This document shows positions 49,510-57,980 of a stretch of DNA of 64,000 bases, in pieces (the stretch's first letter is position 1; the number at the start of each line of letters is the position of its first letter). Position numbers and translations under genes: made by a program. The notes beneath the pieces were generated by a model. It searched no databases, was not told the origin of the DNA, and worked only from the letters and a program-made list of their open reading frames with translations. The stretch spans positions 320,001 through 384,000 of the forward strand of contig CBDCTZ010000016.1 of the NCBI GenBank assembly GCA_965222375.1, read 5' to 3'. Source of the stretch: Polyangiaceae bacterium. GTDB taxonomy: Bacteria > Myxococcota_A > Polyangia > Polyangiales > Polyangiaceae.

Positions 49510-49707
49510 TCATCGAGCAAGCCGACGATACAACTCCGCGTTTTTCGACAGGACGCGGTTCGCGGCATTCTCGAAGTCGTCCGCCGGTTGACCTAGGAGG
49601 TCAGCGATTAGGGCGGAGGCCAACTGCTCTGCGGAGATGCCCAGTGACTTCGCCCTCTCGCGAAGGGCTTCGATCTGGGTTTCCGTCAGTTCGACCGGCA
49701 TTTGCAT
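49510..49707 (-). CDS. Cassette 9: antitoxin partner of Doc (RHH-like)
   Basis: L...A..LGIS.E.L; F..A..RVL.KNAELYRRLA; ATGA overlap with doc. Confidence 0.8.
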   Translation of the reverse strand: MQMPVELTETQIEALRERAKSLGISAEQLASALIADLLGQPADDFENAANRVLSKNAELYRRLAR

Positions 49708-49791
49708 GCGAGAAGTGTAGCCGATTTTCTGACGACGGAAACCGGGGCCAACGAAGGCGCCACTCACCAACGCCGCAGCGCGAGATGCTCC

Positions 49792-50004
49792 GCCTAACAA
49801 TTGAGGCGTTCAGCAGCGAACGCCAGGAACAGCATACCCAAAAACCCACAACGCTGCAGGCGCAGGGTTGCGCCGAACGCAGCGAAGGCTGCTCGGCGCA
49901 AGAACCCTGCGCGAGACCGAAGGGAACCCCTGGAAGGGGCAGGGCGGAACGAACGCAGTCCAGTCAGAGCGCCTGCGGTCGTCTGTTGCAACGTCCTGTT
50001 AGGA
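49792..50004 (-). other. attC (213 bp)
   Basis: Cores and L boxes. Confidence 0.92.
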
Positions 50005-50397
50005 GGCTCCGTGGCGGATGGGGGCAAACTCGTTCGGACGCTCGTAAAAAACGCGTTCAAACCGTTCGGTGAGGAAGCTGTCGCTCGGGACCAGTTCGGC
50101 GTAGCGCTCGTTTGCGACGTGCTCAGTTTCGTCCGTCCACTGAGAGAGGACGGGATCCGTCGCCGCCCCGTTGAGGAAGGCGGCCACGTCCTGCAGACCG
50201 AAGTAGGAGAACCCGTCTGCAGCAGCAGCGAGTTCGACCGCTGTGAGGACATCGATGACATGGTGAACGCCGCCGTTCATCGCGATTCCGTGTGCTCGCA
50301 ACAGAGCCGCGAGGGCGGTGTCACCGGAGTGTGGTGTCAGACCGCCAGACTCCAAGGCTGCGCGGTTCCAAACCTGATCCGCGGTGGAAAGAGTCAT
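49999..50397 (-). CDS. Cassette 8: hypothetical (DMP19/DUF4375-like NGG motif)
   Basis: Acidic 132-aa ORF; MNGG..H; stop in attC R''. Confidence 0.65.
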   Translation of the reverse strand: MTLSTADQVWNRAALESGGLTPHSGDTALAALLRAHGIAMNGGVHHVIDVLTAVELAAAADGFSYFGLQDVAAFLNGAATDPVLSQWTDETEHVANERYAELVPSDSFLTERFERVFYERPNEFAPIRHGAS

Positions 50398-50402
50398 CGT
50401 CC

Positions 50403-50589
50403 GCCTAACAATTGAGGCGTTCAGCAGCGAACGCCAGAAACAACATACCCAAACTCTACCACGCAGTCAGGCGCAGGGTTGCGCCGAACGCAGCGAAGGC
50501 TGCTCGGTGCAAGAACCCTGCGCGCAGGGCGGAACGGACGCTGACGAGTCAGAAAGCCGGCGGTCGTCTGCTGCAACGTCCTGTTAGGC
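50403..50589 (-). other. attC (187 bp) of cassette A
   Basis: Cores and L boxes. Confidence 0.92.
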
Positions 50590-50593
50590 AACG

Positions 50594-50959
50594 CTACGAG
50601 GACTTGCGGGTCAACCGTGACGCCACCTCGACCAACCCGTTGGTGATGACTTCCGGAAGCGGCGCCGCCAACTTCGTTCGGAGGAGCGCAGCGATGTCCA
50701 TTGTGAACAGCACTTCTCCGCCAGCGAAGAGTGAGACGGTTTCGTCCTCCTGGTGCAACCCATCTGGCCACCACTTCCGCTGCCACTCGATCCTCAGGGG
50801 CTGGTCCTGGATCGAAGCGCAACGGAGGACGACACTGGCGGGGTTGTATGCCGTTTCTGATTCCTGAATTTGAACAACCTCGAGACCAAGTTCCTCGAGT
50901 CTTGCGCGGAGGTTGGAGACCGCCGCGGTGTCAGACAGGAAAAGGAAGGGCTGAGCCAC
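50594..50959 (-). CDS. Cassette 7: gene A, copy 3
   Basis: Identical translation. Confidence 0.75.
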   Translation of the reverse strand: MAQPFLFLSDTAAVSNLRARLEELGLEVVQIQESETAYNPASVVLRCASIQDQPLRIEWQRKWWPDGLHQEDETVSLFAGGEVLFTMDIAALLRTKLAAPLPEVITNGLVEVASRLTRKSS

Positions 50960-50969
50960 CTGCGCGATT

Positions 50970-51156
50970 GCCTAACAATTGAGGCGTTCAGCAGCGAACG
51001 CCAGGAACAACATACCCAGACATTATCACGCAGTCGGGCGCAGGGTTGCGCCGACCGCAGCGAGGGCTGCTCGGCGCAAGAACCCTGCGCGCAGGGCGGA
51101 ACGGACGCCATCCAGTCGAAAAGCCGGCGGTCGTCTGCTGCAACGTCCTGTTAGGA
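50970..51156 (-). other. attC (187 bp) of cassette D
   Basis: Cores and L boxes. Confidence 0.92.
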
Positions 51157-51178
51157 GGCGTCGTTCTTTAGCAGTCGA

Positions 51179-51568
51179 CTATTCCGTACGGCCAAGAGGC
51201 ACCGCTTGGGACCAGCGAGCGCCCTCCTGACATTCGAGCATGGCGCCCTGGTTGTGTGCAACGAGACGGAGGGGCCGCGAGGTGACGCACCGAAGGAAGG
51301 CATTCAGATCGCTCGCCATTGCGGTCATGAGCTCGTGGCGGGGCGTGTCATCGTACCCGTCGTAATCGCACCAGTCGGTGACCTCCAGTCCGGAGGAGTG
51401 CTTCGCGTCGACGAACCACTCGAGAACGTTGATGGCAGCGTGGACTGTCACGGAAAGCTCGTCCCGTGTGAGGACAATCTCAACATACTCCGCGTGCCGC
51501 TGGACAACCACGCCCGGCGTTCCGGCGAAGGCCTCCACCGCAGCGACGTGGGGACGGAGAGCTTTCAC
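51179..51568 (-). CDS. Cassette 6: gene D, copy 1
   Basis: GTG start just after the attC R'. Confidence 0.7.
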   Translation of the reverse strand: MKALRPHVAAVEAFAGTPGVVVQRHAEYVEIVLTRDELSVTVHAAINVLEWFVDAKHSSGLEVTDWCDYDGYDDTPRHELMTAMASDLNAFLRCVTSRPLRLVAHNQGAMLECQEGARWSQAVPLGRTE

Positions 51569-51573
51569 CGTCC

Positions 51574-51760
51574 GCCTAACAATTGAGGCGTTCAGCAGCG
51601 AACGCCAGAAACAGCATACCCAAAAAACCTCAACGCTGCAGGCGCAGGGTTGCGCCGAACGCAGCGAATGCTGCTCGGTGCAAGAACCCTGCGCGCAGGG
51701 CGGAACGGACGCCATCCAGTCAGAAAGCCGGCGGTCGTCTGCTGCAACGTCCTGTTAGGC
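51574..51760 (-). other. attC (187 bp)
   Basis: Cores and L boxes. Confidence 0.92.
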
Positions 51761-51795
51761 AGCTGGCGGCCCGCGCGTCGAAGCACGTGCCGTCG

Positions 51796-52239
51796 TCAGC
51801 GTGGCTTTGTCGCAACTCCGCGCAAGATGTCGATGCGATTCGGGGGAGCGTTCGGAGACATGAAGTCGGGAATGGTTTCCGCCGTTCGTCGAGGCCTGCT
51901 CAGGAACTCCACAGGCCACTCCGTCACGCGGCGCTGCTTGACGTGGACGTACCGGCCGTCTTCGTGCTCATCAATGAATTCTTGTTGGACGATGAGCGCC
52001 AAGGGCTCTTGAGCGCCGCTGGTCTGCCTCGAAAACTCGAACGCTTCGTCACAAGACGCGAAAGCGTAGAAGTAGTCGCTCCCGTTGTCCTCGTCGTCAG
52101 CTCCTTCAGACGGACAGCACCAGACGCGATACTCGAGAACGCCGTCCCAGACATACCCCCCACCAGCGTGTGCTTCTGCAGGATAGGTGCCGACGAGCGC
52201 GGGATCCACGACGGGCGGATATGTGTCGTCTGCTCTCAT
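51796..52239 (-). CDS. Cassette 5: hypothetical protein (GGGYVWD.VLEYRVW motif)
   Basis: 147-aa ORF filling the cassette. Confidence 0.75.
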   Translation of the reverse strand: MRADDTYPPVVDPALVGTYPAEAHAGGGYVWDGVLEYRVWCCPSEGADDEDNGSDYFYAFASCDEAFEFSRQTSGAQEPLALIVQQEFIDEHEDGRYVHVKQRRVTEWPVEFLSRPRRTAETIPDFMSPNAPPNRIDILRGVATKPR

Positions 52240-52243
52240 GCCT

Positions 52244-52430
52244 GCCTAACAATTGAGGCGTTCAGCAGCGAACGCCAGAAACAACATACCCAAACTCTAC
52301 CACGCAGTCAGGCGCAGGGTTGCGCCGAACGCAGCGAAGGCTGCTCGGTGCAAGAACCCTGCGCGCAGGGCGGAACGGACGCTGACGAGTCAGAAAGCCG
52401 GCGGTCGTCTGCTGCAACGTCCTGTTAGGC
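52244..52430 (-). other. attC (187 bp) of cassette A
   Basis: Cores and L boxes. Confidence 0.92.
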
Positions 52431-52434
52431 AACG

Positions 52435-52800
52435 CTACGAGGACTTGCGGGTCAACCGTGACGCCACCTCGACCAACCCGTTGGTGATGACTTCCGGAAG
52501 CGGCGCCGCCAACTTCGTTCGGAGGAGCGCAGCGATGTCCATTGTGAACAGCACTTCTCCGCCAGCGAAGAGTGAGACGGTTTCGTCCTCCTGGTGCAAC
52601 CCATCTGGCCACCACTTCCGCTGCCACTCGATCCTCAGGGGCTGGTCCTGGATCGAAGCGCAACGGAGGACGACACTGGCGGGGTTGTATGCCGTTTCTG
52701 ATTCCTGAATTTGAACAACCTCGAGACCAAGTTCCTCGAGTCTTGCGCGGAGGTTGGAGACCGCCGCGGTGTCAGACAGGAAAAGGAAGGGCTGAGCCAC
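52435..52800 (-). CDS. Cassette 4: gene A, copy 2
   Basis: Identical translation. Confidence 0.75.
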   Translation of the reverse strand: MAQPFLFLSDTAAVSNLRARLEELGLEVVQIQESETAYNPASVVLRCASIQDQPLRIEWQRKWWPDGLHQEDETVSLFAGGEVLFTMDIAALLRTKLAAPLPEVITNGLVEVASRLTRKSS

Positions 52801-52810
52801 CTGCGCGATT

Positions 52811-52996
52811 GCCTAACAATTGAGGCGTTCAGCAGCGAACGCCAGAAACAACATCAACCAACCCTACCACGCTGCAGGCGCAGGGTTGCGCCGAACGCAG
52901 CGAAGGCTGCTCGGCGCAAGAACCCTGCGCGCAGGGCGGAACGGACCTCACCCAGCCAGAAAGCCGGCGGTCGTCTGCTGCAACGTCCTGTTAGGA
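52811..52996 (-). other. attC (186 bp)
   Basis: Cores and L boxes. Confidence 0.92.
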
Positions 52997-53024
52997 GGCG
53001 CGGTTCAGTTGGCGGAATGTACGT

Positions 53025-53438
53025 CTACGAATTCGCCGCCCGCTCGAGTGCTTCGCTGATGTCGGTGGCCCAGGACTTCGCGTCACGAAACGGACGTAAG
53101 AAGACGTGATCGTGTCCTGCGAACGCGAGCTCCATGTGCATCGCGGGGGCCCGCATGGCGTTCGAACTGTGCACAACGACAGGGTACCGGTGAGGCTGGC
53201 CGGCGAGGAAGGAAGACACGTCCTGTCCAGACCCCGGGTTTTCGCCCCGCAACGCGGGTGCGTCCAAGTCGCAATCAAGCGAAAGAACGTGGGCGCGTCC
53301 AGGGTGCAAGCGCAACCATGACAGCATTTCGTGCGCAGACTCGAAGAGCAGGAGCTCGCAGTCCACCAGCAACTTGAGGGCACGTCGCATCTCGGCAATG
53401 CGCCACACGTCATCCTCAAGCACAGCGATCAGCGTCAT
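53025..53438 (-). CDS. Cassette 3: cyclic-phosphate-processing receiver-like domain protein
   Basis: LEDD..R, SLD.DL, G.G.DV..FL, VHSSN motifs. Confidence 0.75.
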   Translation of the reverse strand: MTLIAVLEDDVWRIAEMRRALKLLVDCELLLFESAHEMLSWLRLHPGRAHVLSLDCDLDAPALRGENPGSGQDVSSFLAGQPHRYPVVVHSSNAMRAPAMHMELAFAGHDHVFLRPFRDAKSWATDISEALERAANS

Positions 53439-53454
53439 GAAGAGGTGGTCGTCC

Positions 53455-53640
53455 GCCTAACAATTGAGGCGTTCAGCAGCGAACGCCAGAAACAACACCA
53501 ACCAACAATATCACGCTACAGGCGCAGGGTTGCGCCGACCGCAGCGAAGGCTGCTCGGTGCAAGACCCCTGCGCGCAGGGCGGAACGGACGCCATCCAGT
53601 CAGAAGGCCGGCGTTCGACTGCTGCAACGTCCTGTTAGGC
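53455..53640 (-). other. attC (186 bp) of cassette B
   Basis: Cores and L boxes. Confidence 0.92.
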
Positions 53641-53642
53641 CG

Positions 53643-54083
53643 CTACGCTACTCCGACGCCTTCCGCGCCTGCACTTCCGGGTCCGGAAGGAGGCGGTATG
53701 TCGGCAACCAGCGCCTCGATGCGCGGCAAGCGAGGAGTGACAGCAGATCGGACCGTTTCAATGGATTGAGGTGCCGAAAAACGAAGGAGCAACACGTAGA
53801 TCCCGCCAAAGGATCTGAGATAGGCATCGCCGGAGCGGCGTTTCGCGAAGCGATCAAGGCGGCCGCCGCGACGGAGCGGGGGATCGAGACTGGCGAGTTC
53901 GTCCAAAACGATCTGCGCAGCGGGAGAGCGGCCGTCGTCCTTCACGTGTTCGCTGGAACACCAGAGCGTACCGCGACTGTCGAGCACGTAGGCGTAGATG
54001 GCGCGGGCATCGGCAGCCAAATTGGTCAGCACGCGCCGCAGCTCGGACGAGGCCGGCGTTTCAGGACCCATGCGCATTCCCAC
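53643..54083 (-). CDS. Cassette 2: gene B, copy 1 (roadblock/LC7-like hypothetical)
   Basis: L..VL..L.....A..AYVLD..G.L; YVLLL.F pattern. Confidence 0.7.
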   Translation of the reverse strand: MGMRMGPETPASSELRRVLTNLAADARAIYAYVLDSRGTLWCSSEHVKDDGRSPAAQIVLDELASLDPPLRRGGRLDRFAKRRSGDAYLRSFGGIYVLLLRFSAPQSIETVRSAVTPRLPRIEALVADIPPPSGPGSAGAEGVGVA

Positions 54084-54100
54084 CCACTGTCTCGACGTCG

Positions 54101-54287
54101 GCCTAACAATTGAGGCGTTCAGCAGCGAACGCCAGAAACAACATACCCAAACTCTACCACGCAGTCAGGCGCAGGGTTGCGCCGAACGCAGCGAAGGCTG
54201 CTCGGTGCAAGAACCCTGCGCGCAGGGCGGAACGGACGCTGACGAGTCAGAAAGCCGGCGGTCGTCTGCTGCAACGTCCTGTTAGGC
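54101..54287 (-). other. attC (187 bp) of cassette A
   Basis: Cores and L boxes. Confidence 0.92.
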
Positions 54288-54291
54288 AACG

Positions 54292-54657
54292 CTACGAGGA
54301 CTTGCGGGTCAACCGTGACGCCACCTCGACCAACCCGTTGGTGATGACTTCCGGAAGCGGCGCCGCCAACTTCGTTCGGAGGAGCGCAGCGATGTCCATT
54401 GTGAACAGCACTTCTCCGCCAGCGAAGAGTGAGACGGTTTCGTCCTCCTGGTGCAACCCATCTGGCCACCACTTCCGCTGCCACTCGATCCTCAGGGGCT
54501 GGTCCTGGATCGAAGCGCAACGGAGGACGACACTGGCGGGGTTGTATGCCGTTTCTGATTCCTGAATTTGAACAACCTCGAGACCAAGTTCCTCGAGTCT
54601 TGCGCGGAGGTTGGAGACCGCCGCGGTGTCAGACAGGAAAAGGAAGGGCTGAGCCAC
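54292..54657 (-). CDS. Cassette 1: gene A, copy 1 (attI-proximal)
   Basis: Identical translation. Confidence 0.75.
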   Translation of the reverse strand: MAQPFLFLSDTAAVSNLRARLEELGLEVVQIQESETAYNPASVVLRCASIQDQPLRIEWQRKWWPDGLHQEDETVSLFAGGEVLFTMDIAALLRTKLAAPLPEVITNGLVEVASRLTRKSS

Positions 54658-54667
54658 CTGCGCGATT

Positions 54668-54685
54668 GCCTAACAGTAATTAGAC
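54668..54685 (-). other. attI: attI simple site
   Basis: Minus strand GTCTAAT-TACT-GTTAGGC; identity with the other cassette-A junctions stops 1 nt beyond the core. Confidence 0.85.
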
Positions 54686-55034
54686 CGCGATGGCGGTCTA
54701 AGGTGGCTGTCAGTCTAACAGAGCGGTGGGGCCCCGATAAATCGGGAAAGGGGGTGCGTGGTGCACGTTAGGTGGGTCCACCTAACGTGCGAAGACGAGG
54801 TCCATCTAACAGAGGGGACTGGGCGGACCGTTTGGCCTCCGAGCCGGCGTTCAGCCGTGCGGGCGAGTTGGATGGCCGGCGCGGCGTTGGTTGGGGGTGG
54901 GCAGTGCTCGCAAGGGAGTGGCGTTCGCCATGGCGTCGATCTGGTGTCGCCACTGCGCGGAGCGGAGTGGCGACCGGCTTTCTGAGGAGAAGGGGGCGCC
55001 CGGGGGGCGGCATGGATGTTGATGAGGCTGGGGC

Positions 55035-56009
55035 ATGGGTTTGGAGCGTCGGACTCAGTTGTTGGAGCAAATGCGTCAGGCGCTGCAGGTGAGGCACTAC
55101 AGTCCGCGGACTGAAGAGGCGTATGTGGCGTGGGTCGAGCGGTTCGTGCACCATCATGATTTGCGGCATCCGGCGGAAATGGGGGCGGAGGATGTTCGGG
55201 TGTTCTTGGAGCACCTGGCGTCTGCGGACCGGGTGGCTGCTGCGACGCAGAATCAGGCGCTGGCGGCGCTCTTGTTCTTGTACGCGAATGTGCTGGGCAT
55301 GCCGTTCGAGGAGGTTGGGAGCTTTGTGCGTGCGAAGCGGCCGAAGCGCTTGCCCGTCGTGCTTGGCGCCGGGGAGGTGGCCGCCTTGCTGGAGCAGCTG
55401 GATGGGGTGCCGCTCTTGATGGCGCAGATGCTCTACGGCTCGGGGTTGCGGTTGCTCGAGTGCGCTCGCTTGCGCGCGAAGGATCTGTGCTTCGAGCGGG
55501 GTGAAGTCTTGGTTCGGAGCGGCAAGGGAGGCAAGGACCGGGTGGCGCCCTTCCCGCGCACGTTGGAGAGGCAGATGCGGATGCATCTCGTGAAGGTGAA
55601 GCGCCAGCACGACATGGATCTGTCTCGCGGGGCGGGGTGGGTGTTCGTTCCACCTTCGCTGGCGCGCAAGTACCCGAATGTGGGTCGCGATTGGCCCTGG
55701 CAATGGGTGTTCCCCGCGACGCGGCAGTACTTTCACACTGCGACGGGGCAGACGCGTCGGCATCACTATCACCAATCCGCCTTGCAGCGCGCCGTGCGCG
55801 TGGCGGGTCGCGCAGCGGGGTTGAACAAGCGCGCGACCTGCCACGCGCTTCGCCATTCCTTCGCGACTCACCTGCTCGAACAGGGCTACGACATCCGCAC
55901 CATTCAGGAGTTGCTCGGCCATCGCTCAGTGGCGACCACGATGGTCTACACCCATGTGCTCAACCGCGGTGGCTTGGGAGTTCGCAGCCCGCTCGACGGG
56001 CTCTGCTGA
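55035..56009 (+). CDS. intI: Integron integrase
   Basis: [39 protein letters not shown]2 insert LARKYP...[30 protein letters not shown]. Confidence 0.98.
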   Translation: MGLERRTQLLEQMRQALQVRHYSPRTEEAYVAWVERFVHHHDLRHPAEMGAEDVRVFLEHLASADRVAAATQNQALAALLFLYANVLGMPFEEVGSFVRAKRPKRLPVVLGAGEVAALLEQLDGVPLLMAQMLYGSGLRLLECARLRAKDLCFERGEVLVRSGKGGKDRVAPFPRTLERQMRMHLVKVKRQHDMDLSRGAGWVFVPPSLARKYPNVGRDWPWQWVFPATRQYFHTATGQTRRHHYHQSALQRAVRVAGRAAGLNKRATCHALRHSFATHLLEQGYDIRTIQELLGHRSVATTMVYTHVLNRGGLGVRSPLDGLC

Positions 56010-56116
56010 GCGGATGAAGTCAAAGGCGCAGCCCGCTCGACGGGCTCTGCGGAGCGGATGAACCCAAAGGCCTAGCCCGGCCGACGGGCTCTGCTGAGCC
56101 AATGAATCGAAGCCCG
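55985..56116. repeat. 44-nt tandem repeat x3 with an AGCCCG-N5-CGGGCT hairpin, overlapping the intI stop
   Basis: Units start at 55985, 56029 and 56073. Confidence 0.85.
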
Positions 56117-56183
56117 CCTGAAGTGCTCCGTCACCATCCACGAGGGTCGTTCGCGTGCCTCCGGCATGTATGAAAAACTGCGG

Positions 56184-56765
56184 TCAGCCCTCGCTTGCGC
56201 GAGGCGGAAACAACCGTGAGAGCTCCAGCTCGATGTCGGCGAAGGGCTCGATGCTCGACGTGTCGCCATCACCGTAGCTGCCGACTTCGACCCAGCTTTG
56301 GCCGTCGAGGCGAAGCGCCTCCAGCGTTCGGGCTTCGGGGTCGACGATCCAATAGTGGGCAACTCCGTGTTCGGCGTAGAGGCGACGTTTGGTCACGCGG
56401 TCGTGCGCGGCATTTCCAGGTGAGAGCACTTCGCAAACCCAGTCGGGGACGACGTCGATCGGTCGCGCATCCCAGGGATCGATTAGGCGCGAGCGTCGCC
56501 AGCCGGAGATATCCGGTCGTACGGCGTCGTGCTCCGCGAGGCGAACGTCGACCTCCAATAGGATCCACCACCCCCCAGGGCCGCCCCGACCATCATCGTC
56601 GTCGTAGGGTCCACCGACGAAGCGACCGAGGGTTCGTTGAACCCTCGAGTGTTTGGGTAGCGGTGAGGGAGTAACAGATATCTCGCCGCCCACGATTTCT
56701 GCGCGCGCGTCCGTTGGACCCTTCAATAGATCCTCGTAGGTTGCGCGCTTCTTCGCGGGCTGCAT
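56184..56765 (-). CDS. Uma2-family putative endonuclease
   Basis: EIV.GE....P.P...H, PDISGW, PDWVCEVLSP, KRRLYA..GV.HYWIVDP. Confidence 0.92.
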   Translation of the reverse strand: MQPAKKRATYEDLLKGPTDARAEIVGGEISVTPSPLPKHSRVQRTLGRFVGGPYDDDDGRGGPGGWWILLEVDVRLAEHDAVRPDISGWRRSRLIDPWDARPIDVVPDWVCEVLSPGNAAHDRVTKRRLYAEHGVAHYWIVDPEARTLEALRLDGQSWVEVGSYGDGDTSSIEPFADIELELSRLFPPRASEG

Positions 56766-56974
56766 TGCTCCAACTATAGCCCCTCGGCGTCGATCCTCCC
56801 ATTACAGGCCGAGGCGAAAGAAGTGCCGTTGTAATTGCGAGAAGGAGGGCCAATGCGGGGTGGCTGGGCGCGCTGCTCAGCCTACGCGCCTGGGAACTGA
56901 AGCCAGAACATCAGCGCCCGTTCGCTCCAGCTCCGTGTGTCCGCGGTTAGCTATGGGGCGATACAGGATGCCAG

Positions 56975-57928
56975 CTACCTCCCCGCGCGCTCCTCATGGC
57001 AGGCGTAGCTGAACACCGTGCGTTGTTTGACCGCGCCGTTCTTGTCCAGGTGATGAAGCTCGAGCAGGTTGCCATGGGCGTCGAACTTGCAGTCGTGCCG
57101 GGAGGTGGCGCTGCAGTGTTTCCGCGTGGTGGCTTCACCGAGCTTCTTCCTGGACGGAGTCCCTCGGCTCAGGTCCGTGAAGATCCCACCGGCGACGTCG
57201 AGTTCGACTAGCGGCCTTCCAGAATTGCCCTCTTCAATGCCGCGTGGCGTTGCGGTAAGCAAGCGCCGACGCCTCGTGGGTTTGGCTTTCTTGTATGTGC
57301 GCGTCGAAACCATCTCGACCCGCTCGCCACAGGCGATGCAGCTGGCGGCTCCGGGCCTCTTGTTGATTGGCGCGCCGACATCGAGCAAGCAGATGATGCG
57401 CTCTCCAACGAAGCACAGGCTCTGGTCGTTGGTCGGGCACAGGCAGAGCAGGGGTTTGTCCGTACGAGGCGTCAATCCGACGGGCTTCGCGGGTCCCCTC
57501 GCGGCCACCCACGCGTCATCTTTGCGATCCTTGAACGAGTAGGTCGCCTCGTAGCTCCCGTTCTTGCGCTTGACCGACTCGGTCACTCGCCCGTCCGCAT
57601 GGCGCTGAAAGTTGCGCGTCTCTTGCTTCCAACGTTTGGGTCCGGAGCGGGCGACATGCGCAACGGAGCTGACGAAGCCCTTGCTGTCGTAGGAGTAACT
57701 GCTGCTCGCGCCGATCACGTCGGGTGCGGCAAAGTCGCGCCAGCAGGGGCCGGTCCAACGTTGGCTGGTTGGACCTACGTGTCGCCGCAGTGGCTTTCCG
57801 AGGGGGTCTGGAAGTTTCGGACCCGCCCTCTTTGGCGTGATGTCGCATGCCAGCGACACGGTTGCCGCGAGCCACAGGATGTATCGCCAAGACACCCTGC
57901 TGCGCTTTGAGCCTTCACACCCCTTCAT
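56975..57928 (-). CDS. Hypothetical lipoprotein with YD-like segments
   Basis: SLAC lipobox; YSYDSKG and FDAHGNL motifs. Confidence 0.5.
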   Translation of the reverse strand: MKGCEGSKRSRVSWRYILWLAATVSLACDITPKRAGPKLPDPLGKPLRRHVGPTSQRWTGPCWRDFAAPDVIGASSSYSYDSKGFVSSVAHVARSGPKRWKQETRNFQRHADGRVTESVKRKNGSYEATYSFKDRKDDAWVAARGPAKPVGLTPRTDKPLLCLCPTNDQSLCFVGERIICLLDVGAPINKRPGAASCIACGERVEMVSTRTYKKAKPTRRRRLLTATPRGIEEGNSGRPLVELDVAGGIFTDLSRGTPSRKKLGEATTRKHCSATSRHDCKFDAHGNLLELHHLDKNGAVKQRTVFSYACHEERAGR

Positions 57929-57980
57929 CGCTACTTTCGCTTTGCCTGGCCCGCCTGCTAGCGGAAACGCGCTGCGCCAG

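Larger units (their letters stand above)
47070..49513 (-). pseudogene. doc: Cassette 9: Doc/Fic-family toxin interrupted by IS66
   Basis: MRFLTLGEVLRLH...SSG | GAAGVRDLG..SA...P, HPFIDGNKRIG. Confidence 0.9.
40147..56009 (-). mobile_element. Integron: intI, attI and a 19-cassette array (eroded tail continues to ~34.9 kb)
   Basis: Integron integrase divergent from an array of short ORFs separated by attC sites. Confidence 0.95.

Noticed and set aside
39161..54287. CRISPR array interpretation of the ~190-210-bp repeats
   Set aside because: The repeats are too long, the spacers are whole genes, attC cores and intI are present, and there are no cas genes
41477..54565. Recurrent ORFs beginning MRRSAANA... 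or containing LTIEAFSSERQ...
   Set aside because: They are translations of the attC repeat, with variable frames and lengths and TTG starts lacking an RBS
54835..54860. LexA box upstream of intI
   Set aside because: A GTTCAGC half-site is present, but the left half does not fit the Myxococcus-type consensus as I recall it, and no CTGT-N8-ACAG box was seen
56810..56825. Fifth copy of the IS110 target repeat (CGAGGCGAAAGAAGTG)
   Set aside because: 14/16 match but no GTAG and no downstream CGACCCC element; may be chance
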